This document shows, piece by piece, positions 1 through 8,844 of a stretch of DNA of 64,000 bases; the first letter of the stretch is position 1, and every line of letters begins with the position of its first letter. This DNA comes from Candidatus Poribacteria bacterium (GTDB taxonomy: Bacteria; Poribacteria; WGA-4E; WGA-3G). Location: the NCBI GenBank assembly GCA_965197475.1, contig CBDANF010000002.1, positions 1,024,001-1,088,000 on the forward strand. Reading direction: 5' to 3'. Made by a program: the position numbers and the translations under genes. The notes under the pieces were generated by a model, which saw only the letters and a list, made by a program, of their open reading frames with translations, searched no databases and was not told the origin of the DNA.

Positions 1-767
1 AAGTAAAGTGGATGCGCCTCCGGCATCACCGATTTCCCCAACAACGTTGTTACCACTGGGATCTGTTTTTCTTCGGCAAACCGAAGTAATTTGTCTCGAA
101 ATCGGAATCTATGCAGTTCAGCACCTGCTAAAATGACAGGATTTTCGGATTGATTTATGAACGCAATCGCATTCGATAGAGCAGCATCTAACGTTTCGGA
201 GTCACTGTGGTGTCCACCCGTTGAAGGACGTTGGTGCACTGATCCTTGTATTCCTACCATATCGCGTGGCAGTTCAATATAGCCCGGACGCTTATGCCAA
301 TAGACTGCATCCAACACTCTGTCTATCTCGTTAAAGGCGGTAAAAGGTTCGTCAAGTAGTGCTGATGCGACGGTTATCTCTTCATAGATACGTTGTTGTG
401 TAAAAAAATCTTTACCTTTATGATGTAAAAGTGCACCCTCAGTGCGCTCCTTTATCCCTGGGCTACCGCTAATGACAACAAGTGGTGATTTTTCAGCGTA
501 GGCAGCGGTGACCGCGTTAATCATAGATAAACCACCAACTCCATAAGTCACACACGCAGCCCTCATGCCGTTTGTGCGGGCATAAGCATCTGCAGCAAAT
601 CCCGCTGTTTCTTCTCGCGTTGTGCCGATGTGCTGAATAGGGCTCTGCTCAATCATATCAAAGAACTGCACTACATAATCGCCAGGTATGCCGAAAATGT
701 GATCGATCTCGTAACTCTTTAGTTTTTTCAGAAGGTACTCACCGATTGTTAGTTGTTTATTTGACAT
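1..767 (-). CDS. Thiamine pyrophosphate-dependent alpha-keto acid (indolepyruvate/pyruvate) decarboxylase, N-terminal part; runs off window start
   Basis: Manual translation from ATG at 767: MSNKQLTIGEYLLKKLKSYEIDHIFGIPGDYVVQFFDMIEQSPIQHIGTTREETAGFAADAYAR, typical of IpdC/PDC N-termini; absent from the ORF track because truncated. Confidence 0.9.
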   Translation of the reverse strand, partial: MSNKQLTIGEYLLKKLKSYEIDHIFGIPGDYVVQFFDMIEQSPIQHIGTTREETAGFAADAYARTNGMRAACVTYGVGGLSMINAVTAAYAEKSPLVVISGSPGIKERTEGALLHHKGKDFFTQQRIYEEITVASALLDEPFTAFNEIDRVLDAVYWHKRPGYIELPRDMVGIQGSVHQRPSTGGHHSDSETLDAALSNAIAFINQSENPVILAGAELHRFRFRDKLLRFAEEKQIPVVTTLLGKSVMPEAHPLY

Positions 768-876
768 ATAAAGTCCTATAACTACGCGTGACCACAGATT
801 ATAAAAGAATGATATTGACCACCTATTAATATGGTTAGTTCATTTGTTAGGCAACATCGTCCTACTAATTAAGCTG

Positions 877-1617
877 TTATTCATTGATGTAATCTGAACG
901 CAACTCAAAGGTATGCTGTGACCATCTGCCTGTGCGCACATCAAGTTCAGCTTCAATTGCCTTAATATCTTCCAATTCCCCGTAAGCAGTGGAATCTTCG
1001 GAATTAGCAAACTCAAACTCAACCAGCCGGTGTGGAGATTCACCATAGTAGTTGTCGTAAGAGGCTATTGTTTTCAACTGAGACGGTCCAACTGTCGTAG
1101 CAGAAACGGATTCAACCCAATCCAGATATGCTTGTTTTCCACCAAGAGGATAATCAATCAACAAAACGCCTTTAACCGGCCAGTTCCCTTCATCGGTTTT
1201 TGCATAATCAGAACGCAGGATAAATGTGTGCACGGTTACATCGCTTGCATGGTTTGGAATGTCACTCATAATATCGGCTATCTCAGGGCGATTCAGATAT
1301 GTTGCCATATCAAGAAAACTATCAAATTCATACTCAACAAGTCGATTCGGACTCATAGTTTGGTCTTGATTGTCATAAGAGCGTATCCTACGGACCTCTT
1401 CAGGGGCTTGCAGAGTTGGAACAAGAGATCTAACCCATTCAATATAAGCATCTTTTTCACCTTCTGGATAGTCAATTAGCAAAACAAACTTCACCGGAGT
1501 CGCTTCTTCAGGTGGCATGGAATCCATTACTACGTCTTGTACACGCTGACAACCTATAAGTACAATTACCGCAACGAAAAAACATATTAAAAATAAACTA
1601 CCGAATTTTGATGTCAT
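877..1617 (-). CDS. Lipoprotein with two tandem homologous domains (possibly dimeric alpha-beta barrel/EthD-like)
   Basis: Lipobox LIGC; internal repeat VKFVLLIDYP..AYIEWV..SYDN..SPNRLVEYEF / VKGVLLIDYP..AYLDWV..SYDN..SPHRLVEFEF. Confidence 0.7.
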   Translation of the reverse strand: MTSKFGSLFLICFFVAVIVLIGCQRVQDVVMDSMPPEEATPVKFVLLIDYPEGEKDAYIEWVRSLVPTLQAPEEVRRIRSYDNQDQTMSPNRLVEYEFDSFLDMATYLNRPEIADIMSDIPNHASDVTVHTFILRSDYAKTDEGNWPVKGVLLIDYPLGGKQAYLDWVESVSATTVGPSQLKTIASYDNYYGESPHRLVEFEFANSEDSTAYGELEDIKAIEAELDVRTGRWSQHTFELRSDYINE

Positions 1618-1684
1618 AATTATCTCCTTTGAAATAGTAAAGTTTTACAGTTTTATTTTGAGGTGGGACGTTTTCCCGCCTGCG

Positions 1685-2597
1685 TTAATTATCAAACAAA
1701 GTAGGCTGCATCGCCTTCCCCGTCCACGGGTTGGTGAGCGAAGGCAACGTCAATATTGGTCTCCACTTCTCACCGTGCTTGTAGTATTCCTCAATAGAAA
1801 AACACTGGATCGACTCATAACTGCTTTCACCGATGCGTACTGGATCCAAATCGTGCCGCCACCGATGTGAAGGTTGTGTAGTCAGTGTGATAAGAATACC
1901 AATCGCTGCGCTGTGCTTACGGATAGTGTTTTGTAACCGATCATATTTAGCGTATTGCGCGCCTGTTGCACCGGTGACCTGCACGACAATGCCTTTCTTG
2001 TCCATGTTATCGGGTTTATTGAGTAGCATACCGAACCCATCTATACCGTCATCACCAACTTTCTGCGGGTTCGCAGCCAAGCCATCTATCAGCGATAACG
2101 CCCAGTCTTGAAATTTGAAATGGTCAGATTTGGCGAGTTCGGTTGCGGTTTGCATGTCAACAGGAATACCATACACCGGCATCTTCGTTACGAGTCGATG
2201 CTGGTTAATCAACCGCAACGCGAAGGGAAGAATGTCAATACCGATTGCACTACGATTGTTATTCCGAGCTGCCGCAATTGTGGTGCCACATCCGCAGAAC
2301 GGGTCCAAAACGAGGTCGTCAACGTTACTGGACGCTCTGATAATCCGTTCGTAGAGAGATACTGGTTTTTGTGTTGGGTAGCCGAGATTCTCGTTTTTAT
2401 AGTGTTTTATGGGGTAGATATCACTCCACCAATCTTCAGGAATTTTGCCTCCACTCGGATGCATTTTTCTACTATTGAATTCCATTCCACCCGAAGGCTT
2501 TCCTCCATATTTACTTCTTTCTACGGTTGATTCCGCGTATGGAATACGGATTTCGTCACAGTTAAATATAGGATTGTCCTTCCCATAAAATAATAAT
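1685..2597 (-). pseudogene. 5'-truncated N4/N6 DNA methyltransferase with C-terminal Mrr-like (PD-D/ExK) domain
   Basis: YPTQKP, LDPFCGCGTT (motif I), GIDI; the frame continues upstream of the called ORF (LLFYGKDNPIFNCDEIRIPY) to the IS end at 2598; the DPPY/F catalytic part is missing; C-terminal DDGIDG..VVQVT. Confidence 0.85.
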
Positions 2598-3581
2598 GGC
2601 TCATGTTATGAGTGAGTGCGTTGGACGAGTCGTGATATAAACTCAGTAGTAATAGATTTGAGATTAATAACAAATTCACAGATAGCGATATATCCCGAAA
2701 GGAACTTTTTATGAACACCGCGAAATGGGCGGAGAAAGTTACGAACCGTTGTCCACACACCTTCAATCGTGTTGATGTGGATTTCAAAAATACCATCCGC
2801 ATCGTCATCCCTCGCCCATTCGCCATCACCATGACACACGCTCGCATGAGAACGATCAATACGATTATAGCCTCGCCATCCATCTGTATATACAGTAGCA
2901 GTGGGGAGCGTGAACTGATGCACGTGTGATGAGAGTGTAGCACTATCGGTATGATGTGCCACACGCAATCGGACACGCTTACTTTTGCGCCCGATCGTGC
3001 CGACTATAGGTGGACGATCATTCGCATAAGTGCCATGACCTCTGCGTTTATTACCACGCCGACGCGGTGGATCCTTCAGGTCTTTATGCGGTTCTCCTTT
3101 TTCACCTGCGTTTTGAAACATCTCATCTGTTTCTGTTGCAGTGTCCAGCAAAGCTACCTCAGGTTGCATCATCTCGGCAGATGCCGAAGCACACGCCGTA
3201 TGGAAAGCACCGCTTGACGACTGATATTGAGTTCGCGTGCCAATTGAGCGGAAGAAAAACCTTTGCAAACACCTTGCAAAAGCAGAACTACCTGTGAAGG
3301 ACGATACTGTTTTTGAGCAAACACTGTCCCACTATAGAGGTTATATACACCCTTACATACTTTACAGCGGTAAACCTTTATGCGACTTGTTTTTGTTGTT
3401 CTAAAATAGCGTGCCTCCGCCACGCTCACATCGCAATGTGGACAGTGTAAACCCTGGGGATGGAAATGGTTTAGCAACCATTCCGCCGCGCGTTCGTCAT
3501 CAATTAAAGAAAGTATTGGAAAATCCATATGCTATACTATAGCAGAAAGAAAGAAAAAAGCACTTGCTTTTTACATGAGCC
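2598..3581 (-). mobile_element. IS1595-family insertion sequence
   Basis: Terminal inverted repeats GGCTCATGT (2598) / ACATGAGCC (3581) around a transposase; flanking 8-mers differ, so no target duplication. Confidence 0.9.
2606..3528 (-). pseudogene. IS1595-family transposase, frameshifted
   Basis: Zn ribbon CPHC..CKVC and HTH in 3169..3528; DDE part (ETDEMF, RRGHGT, VYTDGW, HINTIEGVW) in 2606..3268; one added base near 3186 would join them as ..LSIRRVLQASAEMMQP. Confidence 0.88.
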
Positions 3582-3856
3582 GAAGTCTTTTGTCCTAAAA
3601 TCTCTACCGTACGTTGACATGTTTTACAAACATTTAACAACTTGGTTTCGTTGATGGATGATAATCTTCGTTCAGCTTGTGCCTTAAGCATTTCCTGATA
3701 TCGAGGTTTAGACAACGAAGAGGGAAGTAATTTTCCGATATATCTAAAGGTTCTTTCCTTATAGCGATCAGGAATTAGGGCTAAAGCAGTGAGTATTTCT
3801 GGGAGCACTGGCAGTATTTTCCTATGGTATTGCTTTGAACTTAAGTTGATAATCCA
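3582..3856 (-). pseudogene. Open frame continuing in phase after the transglutaminase-like stop codon, cut by the IS1595 end
   Basis: After TAG at 3857-3859 the same frame stays open (WIINLSSKQYHRKILPVLPEIL...) into the IS. Confidence 0.3.
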
Positions 3857-4795
3857 CTAATATTCACGTTGTTCTTTGAAGGCTCGGTGCAGGAAATACA
3901 CTGTAGAGATGCCGAGACCGATGAGGATAAAAAGCAGAACAATGGCAGTACCGAGGCGACTCTTTGACTCACTGTCATCTTGGGTTTCAGGTTTGGGTGC
4001 TTCAGGCGTTGTTGTTTTTATTGGGGGTGTTGGTTTGCGAGGTGTAGGTGCAGGGATTGTTACTCTTTCTGGTTTTGATACGGTTCCTATTTTCTGGGGT
4101 GCTAAAGGGATGATGTCCGCCACGGTTACGCCAAAGGATGTTGGTAGGTCGCCAACTGTCCAACCTGTGCCAGTAGTTTCACAGTAGTAATATTTCGTGC
4201 CATTGTAGGTGACTGAGACACCATTGAAGTTACCGCTGACTCCCAGTGCTATGTGCCCGGGCATGAAGATGAGTGCTGTCTTCTCACCTAATCCTTGTAG
4301 GATGGCAGCAACTAAAATAGTGGTGTCTTCGCAATCGCCGCCGCCGTCAATCAATGTTTCAATGGCGTAACGGCGAAACTCATCGTAACCTGTGGTCACG
4401 TCATCGAGGGTATATGGCAAAGATTGGACGAAACTCAGAACAAAGTCGATACGATCCGGTTTTGACCATTCACTGTGCCGTTTGAAGATGTTCTGAAATT
4501 CGCGTGTAAGGTTTCCAATCGTTGTTCTTCCCTCTTCAACTAACTGCGGAATATCATAGCGCTCTTTACCATCGTAGGAATTATATTTTTCGATGTCGAT
4601 TGTCATTAGCGCTGTATAGGATTTTCCTTTAAAATTCCAGACGTACCGTTTCCCGATTGTCTGTCTGGTATTCGGAGGACGCTGTTGGACAATTCCGTCT
4701 ATGATTCGGACATAGTTAAGTGCATCTTGCGCATCACTATTTGGAGTTATAAGTAGGCTGCCCAGAAGTAGAGTGATAAACAGTCTAATGTACAT
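3857..4795 (-). CDS. Exported transglutaminase-like (papain-fold Cys-His) protein with Pro/Thr linker and C-terminal TM anchor
   Basis: Signal peptide; FVQSLPY..D, ETLIDGGGDCEDT, PGHIALGV, YYYCETT motifs; C-terminal hydrophobic helix. Confidence 0.85.
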   Translation of the reverse strand: MYIRLFITLLLGSLLITPNSDAQDALNYVRIIDGIVQQRPPNTRQTIGKRYVWNFKGKSYTALMTIDIEKYNSYDGKERYDIPQLVEEGRTTIGNLTREFQNIFKRHSEWSKPDRIDFVLSFVQSLPYTLDDVTTGYDEFRRYAIETLIDGGGDCEDTTILVAAILQGLGEKTALIFMPGHIALGVSGNFNGVSVTYNGTKYYYCETTGTGWTVGDLPTSFGVTVADIIPLAPQKIGTVSKPERVTIPAPTPRKPTPPIKTTTPEAPKPETQDDSESKSRLGTAIVLLFILIGLGISTVYFLHRAFKEQREY

Positions 4796-4801
4796 AATGA
4801 A

Positions 4802-5536
4802 CTATCCTTCTGTTAGGGTCGTCTGTTCAGAGGGATAAATTAGTAGAATCTCAATGCGACGATTTTTGGCTTTTAACTGTCTGGTTTTATTGTGCGCTTT
4901 GAGTTTCTCTGGTGTATATGTGCTATCTCGAACTGAACGTTGAACAGGTTTATACTCACCGAAAGAGGTTGCTGACATCAGATGCCTTGCTGGGTCTATT
5001 CTAATCTCGTGTTGGAGAAATCTAAATACTTCAATTGCACGTAATGCTGCAAGATGTAGATTAGAACGTTCAATACCAGGAGTGTCAGGATCTGCATGTC
5101 CTTGAATTTGTATTTCGCTGAAGTTTTGCAGATTTTTTTTAATTTGACGACCTACAATCAGAAGTGTTTTCTTCCCTTCTTCGTTGAGAGCATATCTATC
5201 TGGTTTAAACAAGATGCGGTCACTAAAACTGTAACGTTGCAGCGTTGCTTCGTTTTTTATCTCAATTTTCGCGTTACCCCCATTTTCAAGTGAGATCACA
5301 AAAGTATCGGTCTCGGTCTCTTTCGGTTTCGGTTTAACATCGTACTGTTTAGCGATAGCGCGGATCATCGCCATCTGGTTTTCTTTTACTTTTGAGGGAA
5401 TAATATCTCCATTAGGATCAGGTACAGAAAAGGAAGCGATAACTGCAAACACTACAATGACTAATATCAAAACAAGTGTCAGCATCAAGTCTGAAAAGGA
5501 CGGCCAGAAATTGAAATCTAATGTATTTTCTTCCAT
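4802..5536 (-). CDS. ZorB/MotB-like protein (TM helix with conserved Asp plus OmpA-like peptidoglycan-binding domain)
   Basis: FWPSFSDLMLTLVLIL; GHAD, SNLHLAALRA, SFGEYKP, NRRIEI. Confidence 0.88.
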   Translation of the reverse strand: MEENTLDFNFWPSFSDLMLTLVLILVIVVFAVIASFSVPDPNGDIIPSKVKENQMAMIRAIAKQYDVKPKPKETETDTFVISLENGGNAKIEIKNEATLQRYSFSDRILFKPDRYALNEEGKKTLLIVGRQIKKNLQNFSEIQIQGHADPDTPGIERSNLHLAALRAIEVFRFLQHEIRIDPARHLMSATSFGEYKPVQRSVRDSTYTPEKLKAHNKTRQLKAKNRRIEILLIYPSEQTTLTEG

Positions 5537-5610
5537 GGGTGTTCTTCGGTTTATTTTGTGGTTGATGATATCTGAAACAGATAATGGATCAAGTATTAGA
5601 ACAGACTGTG

Positions 5611-7752
5611 CTACTTTCCGTCGTTGTTAGTTTGAGATTCGGATGTGGTCTGTTCAGGAGGTTTTTTTCGCGAGAATTTATTCCAAATTTTACCTACAAT
5701 TGATCCCTTCTGCTTCCGTTTGGATCCAGATGAGCTTTCCTGCTTTCCCAGTGTATTGACAGCATTCGCTAAGGTTTTAGAATGCTGGGAAATCTCGTTT
5801 ATAGAGGTATTGAGTTTTTCTATACTTGCTGTTAGAGGGGTAACATCGGCTTTATCTACTTTTTCCACGAATTGTTGTGAGGCTGTGCCTAACGTTTTAA
5901 CATGTCCCTCAATTGTTGCGATGGACTGGCTGAGCATCCCTGAATCTGATGTAAAGGTTTTGATTGCACTATCAAGGTTGTTTATGTCGTCGGTCAGACC
6001 ACCGACACTAGTACTCAGTTCATTAACAGCATTTTGTTGATTTTTACTGCTCTCGTCTAATTGGTTTAATAAAGTTACAATCTTTTGATTTAGATCCTTG
6101 ACTCCGTTAAGTTGTTCCTCGTATTTTTCATTCTGTTCTCTTATTTCTTTCTGCAGATCTCCAACAATATTTTGCATATATCTAACTAAATCTGCAAAAG
6201 TGCCTCTCATATGTTCTGCTGCATCTTGGAGTGGTTCATCAAAGTTCTCTAAACGATTGTTTAGGGTTTCTAATTCAGCGACAAGAGTACCTAATTGGTC
6301 ATTTAGTGTTTGTTGAACATGTCCGAGTTCTGTTTTCAACTGATCTTGCATATCTGAAAACTGCTGTTTGTTAGCATTATTTATTCCTTCAAACCACTCT
6401 CGGTTCTCTGTATATATACTTGTATTTGTCTCTGTTGCCTTATTTATAAATTCTTGTAGTTCAGTACTAATTTCTTGGTGTGAATTGATATAGGTAGTCT
6501 CATAACTTTTTAGTGCATTTAAAGTATGGTCAATAACCTCAATGACATTTGAAATGTTTTGATTCTGATCATCTAACTTTTCCGTTTGTAAGTCTAATTT
6601 CTGGTTCGCTGCATCTTGAAATTGTTCGTGGAGGTTGCGAATCTCATCTTGAAAACCGGTGAGTTGGGTAACACTTGATGAAAATTCTTTTGAAAACTTA
6701 TCCAGGCTTGCCGTGAAGCCTGTATTTAACACATCAGCAGCAGTACTAATGTCCGATGCTGCTTTATTAATTTGCGTCACTGAATCTGATAGTGGTTGTG
6801 TAATAGCAATAGCCTGCGTTAGACTCTCGTTGAATTCATCTATATTGCCATGCACTTTTTGGACTGATTCACTAAACTGTGCTGCAGTCTCAAATCCTTT
6901 TTGCATCTGAGATTCGCTTTTCTGAAGCGTTTGCATGAGTTTTTGTGAAGTGGTCGGATAGAGTTGGGGTACCCAGACGGTGAGCGTCAATCGCTCCAGA
7001 GTGGATTTAACAGGGTGACATGCGGATTGCAAATAGATGCCGTAAAGAATAACGCCCAAAATAGTGAAAAAGATCCCACTAATGCTCGGTGCAAGAGCAC
7101 CTTTCATCTTTTCAAGAAGGACCCCCAACGCCTGGGTCATCTTTTCGTTATTTTCTGCGGAGTCTTTGTTTACTGCACCCCCTTCCAAATCGTTATTTTC
7201 TGTGGAGATTTCGTTTGCTGCACGCTCCTTCAAAGGTGGAAAAAGTTCTGTTATACTGTCGGCGAGTCCGAAGAGCGTCCCAAATAGTCCAATCACGATA
7301 AAAACTGCCAACATAGAACGAAAAAGGTTGTTCCATTTAAATAGGTCAGCTGTGGTGTGATTAATTAACTCACCGACTTCAAGACGGGTTTCATCGCAAC
7401 CCGCTAAGAAAATGGCTTTGAGATGTTTTGCTATCGGAGAACGTCTGTTAAGGCTGCTTTCCTTGCAAAATTCGCTAAACACATTTTCAGGATCAGCTTT
7501 TTGGTCGTCATCTTCATGTCCACGATCCTGTTCATGTCCACGATCCTGTTCATGTCGGGCAGTAACGAGCGGTTGAATATTCTTACAGTTTTCGATTTGT
7601 ATCCGTTCTGTCCGCAACCAACGCCAATATCTGATGAGTCCGATAAGCCAAACGGAAAAGAAACCTATCAAGAATGTTATAATACCTATAGCGATTGGAT
7701 TTGCAGGAAATAGGTATTCGGTAAAGAATGACGGCATAAGTGTTACATCCAC
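5611..7752 (-). CDS. ZorA-like MotA/TolQ/ExbB-family membrane protein with long C-terminal coiled-coil tail
   Basis: N-terminal TM, VIGLFGTLFGL and ALAPSISGIFFTILG helices, then more than 400 aa of heptad-like helical sequence; directly upstream of the MotB-like gene. Confidence 0.82.
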   Translation of the reverse strand: MDVTLMPSFFTEYLFPANPIAIGIITFLIGFFSVWLIGLIRYWRWLRTERIQIENCKNIQPLVTARHEQDRGHEQDRGHEDDDQKADPENVFSEFCKESSLNRRSPIAKHLKAIFLAGCDETRLEVGELINHTTADLFKWNNLFRSMLAVFIVIGLFGTLFGLADSITELFPPLKERAANEISTENNDLEGGAVNKDSAENNEKMTQALGVLLEKMKGALAPSISGIFFTILGVILYGIYLQSACHPVKSTLERLTLTVWVPQLYPTTSQKLMQTLQKSESQMQKGFETAAQFSESVQKVHGNIDEFNESLTQAIAITQPLSDSVTQINKAASDISTAADVLNTGFTASLDKFSKEFSSSVTQLTGFQDEIRNLHEQFQDAANQKLDLQTEKLDDQNQNISNVIEVIDHTLNALKSYETTYINSHQEISTELQEFINKATETNTSIYTENREWFEGINNANKQQFSDMQDQLKTELGHVQQTLNDQLGTLVAELETLNNRLENFDEPLQDAAEHMRGTFADLVRYMQNIVGDLQKEIREQNEKYEEQLNGVKDLNQKIVTLLNQLDESSKNQQNAVNELSTSVGGLTDDINNLDSAIKTFTSDSGMLSQSIATIEGHVKTLGTASQQFVEKVDKADVTPLTASIEKLNTSINEISQHSKTLANAVNTLGKQESSSGSKRKQKGSIVGKIWNKFSRKKPPEQTTSESQTNNDGK
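7513..7556. repeat. 18-bp tandem repeat (HEQDRG x2) in the ZorA-like gene
   Basis: ttcatgtccacgatcctg twice plus partial copy. Confidence 0.9.
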
Positions 7753-7813
7753 TGGAATTTATCTATTGTCAGTCTTCCTGTAATTGAGTTTTGTAAATTC
7801 GTTTTATTTCCAA

Positions 7814-8824
7814 CTATGTCTCCTGTAATTCTAATATTCCTTTTTCCTTAAGTTTCCATGTTTCCTTTGCATCATCTGGTTCAAAGATTGCTGGTTTAAT
7901 AAGTTCCATGATCCGATAATTGCTTCGATCATCAAAATGAGAACAATTAAACACTTCGCCAAAAGCCCCTGGAAAATAGGTGGAACGTACCACTACTAAA
8001 TCATAAACCGGAACAACTGCATATAACATTTCCACTTCAATATATAATGCCAAAAAACAACCTGCAGAGCTAGTTTTGAAAATAGGGTCAATATCCACCT
8101 GTGGCTTTAGGAAACGTTCTTCAGCGTTTACTACATCTAACTTGAAATTTTGCTGATATTTACCAATAAAAATCGTCCATTTTTGTCTATCTTTAATCCC
8201 TGCATTATAACTATCACAAAATTCTATGATTTCCTGTTCCTCTATAGTAGTTTTATTTGTTTCAGAAGTTTCTATTTTATCTGTATGTACTGTGGCACTA
8301 CTGATTGTGGAATTAGCGGTAATTGTTTTGATTTGGTTAAGAATCTTTTGAGTATTCTTTTGAATATCAAGTGTTAATGCTTGATATAAATCATCAGGAT
8401 CAAATGTATCCACAGACGGTTGCACACGTCTATCAACAGCAGACAAGTCTTGCCTTAAATTGCTGTTAACTTTAGCAAGATTTTCTATCCTATATCTTAA
8501 ATCATCCAATCTTTGAGCAAGAGTTCTATATCTGAAAAAGATCCAAATAAGAAAGAATAGCAAAATCATGAGTAAAGGCACGAAAACAACCATAATTACT
8601 GTTGTTTGATCTGCAAATTTTCTATGCTGTTCGTCTAATAAACTGGTAATATCTTGATTGGGCAACGGTACTTGGTTATTATTCTGAGCTTTATGTGTTT
8701 CCTGTGTATCGGATTCAGTATCATTCTGTTGCGCGATCGTAAAAAACGGACAAACAATCAAAACAATCACCATTGTAACGTAGCAAAATATATGATATAA
8801 AGAACTAAGTTTGGTATAACGCAT
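7814..8824 (-). CDS. Membrane protein: signal/TM, second TM, coiled coil and C-terminal globular domain; hypothetical
   Basis: Hydrophobic N-terminus, TM VIMVVFVPLLMILLFFLIWIFF, coiled coil LAQRLDDLRYRIENL; C-terminal LIKPAIF..WKLKEKGIL. Confidence 0.7.
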   Translation of the reverse strand: MRYTKLSSLYHIFCYVTMVIVLIVCPFFTIAQQNDTESDTQETHKAQNNNQVPLPNQDITSLLDEQHRKFADQTTVIMVVFVPLLMILLFFLIWIFFRYRTLAQRLDDLRYRIENLAKVNSNLRQDLSAVDRRVQPSVDTFDPDDLYQALTLDIQKNTQKILNQIKTITANSTISSATVHTDKIETSETNKTTIEEQEIIEFCDSYNAGIKDRQKWTIFIGKYQQNFKLDVVNAEERFLKPQVDIDPIFKTSSAGCFLALYIEVEMLYAVVPVYDLVVVRSTYFPGAFGEVFNCSHFDDRSNYRIMELIKPAIFEPDDAKETWKLKEKGILELQET

Positions 8825-8844
8825 TATAGGTTTGCTCCATTATG

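Noticed and set aside
4802-7752. Flagellar stator motAB or Tol/Exb genes
   Set aside because: No flagellar, tonB or tol genes nearby, and the very long C-terminal tail fits ZorA-type proteins better
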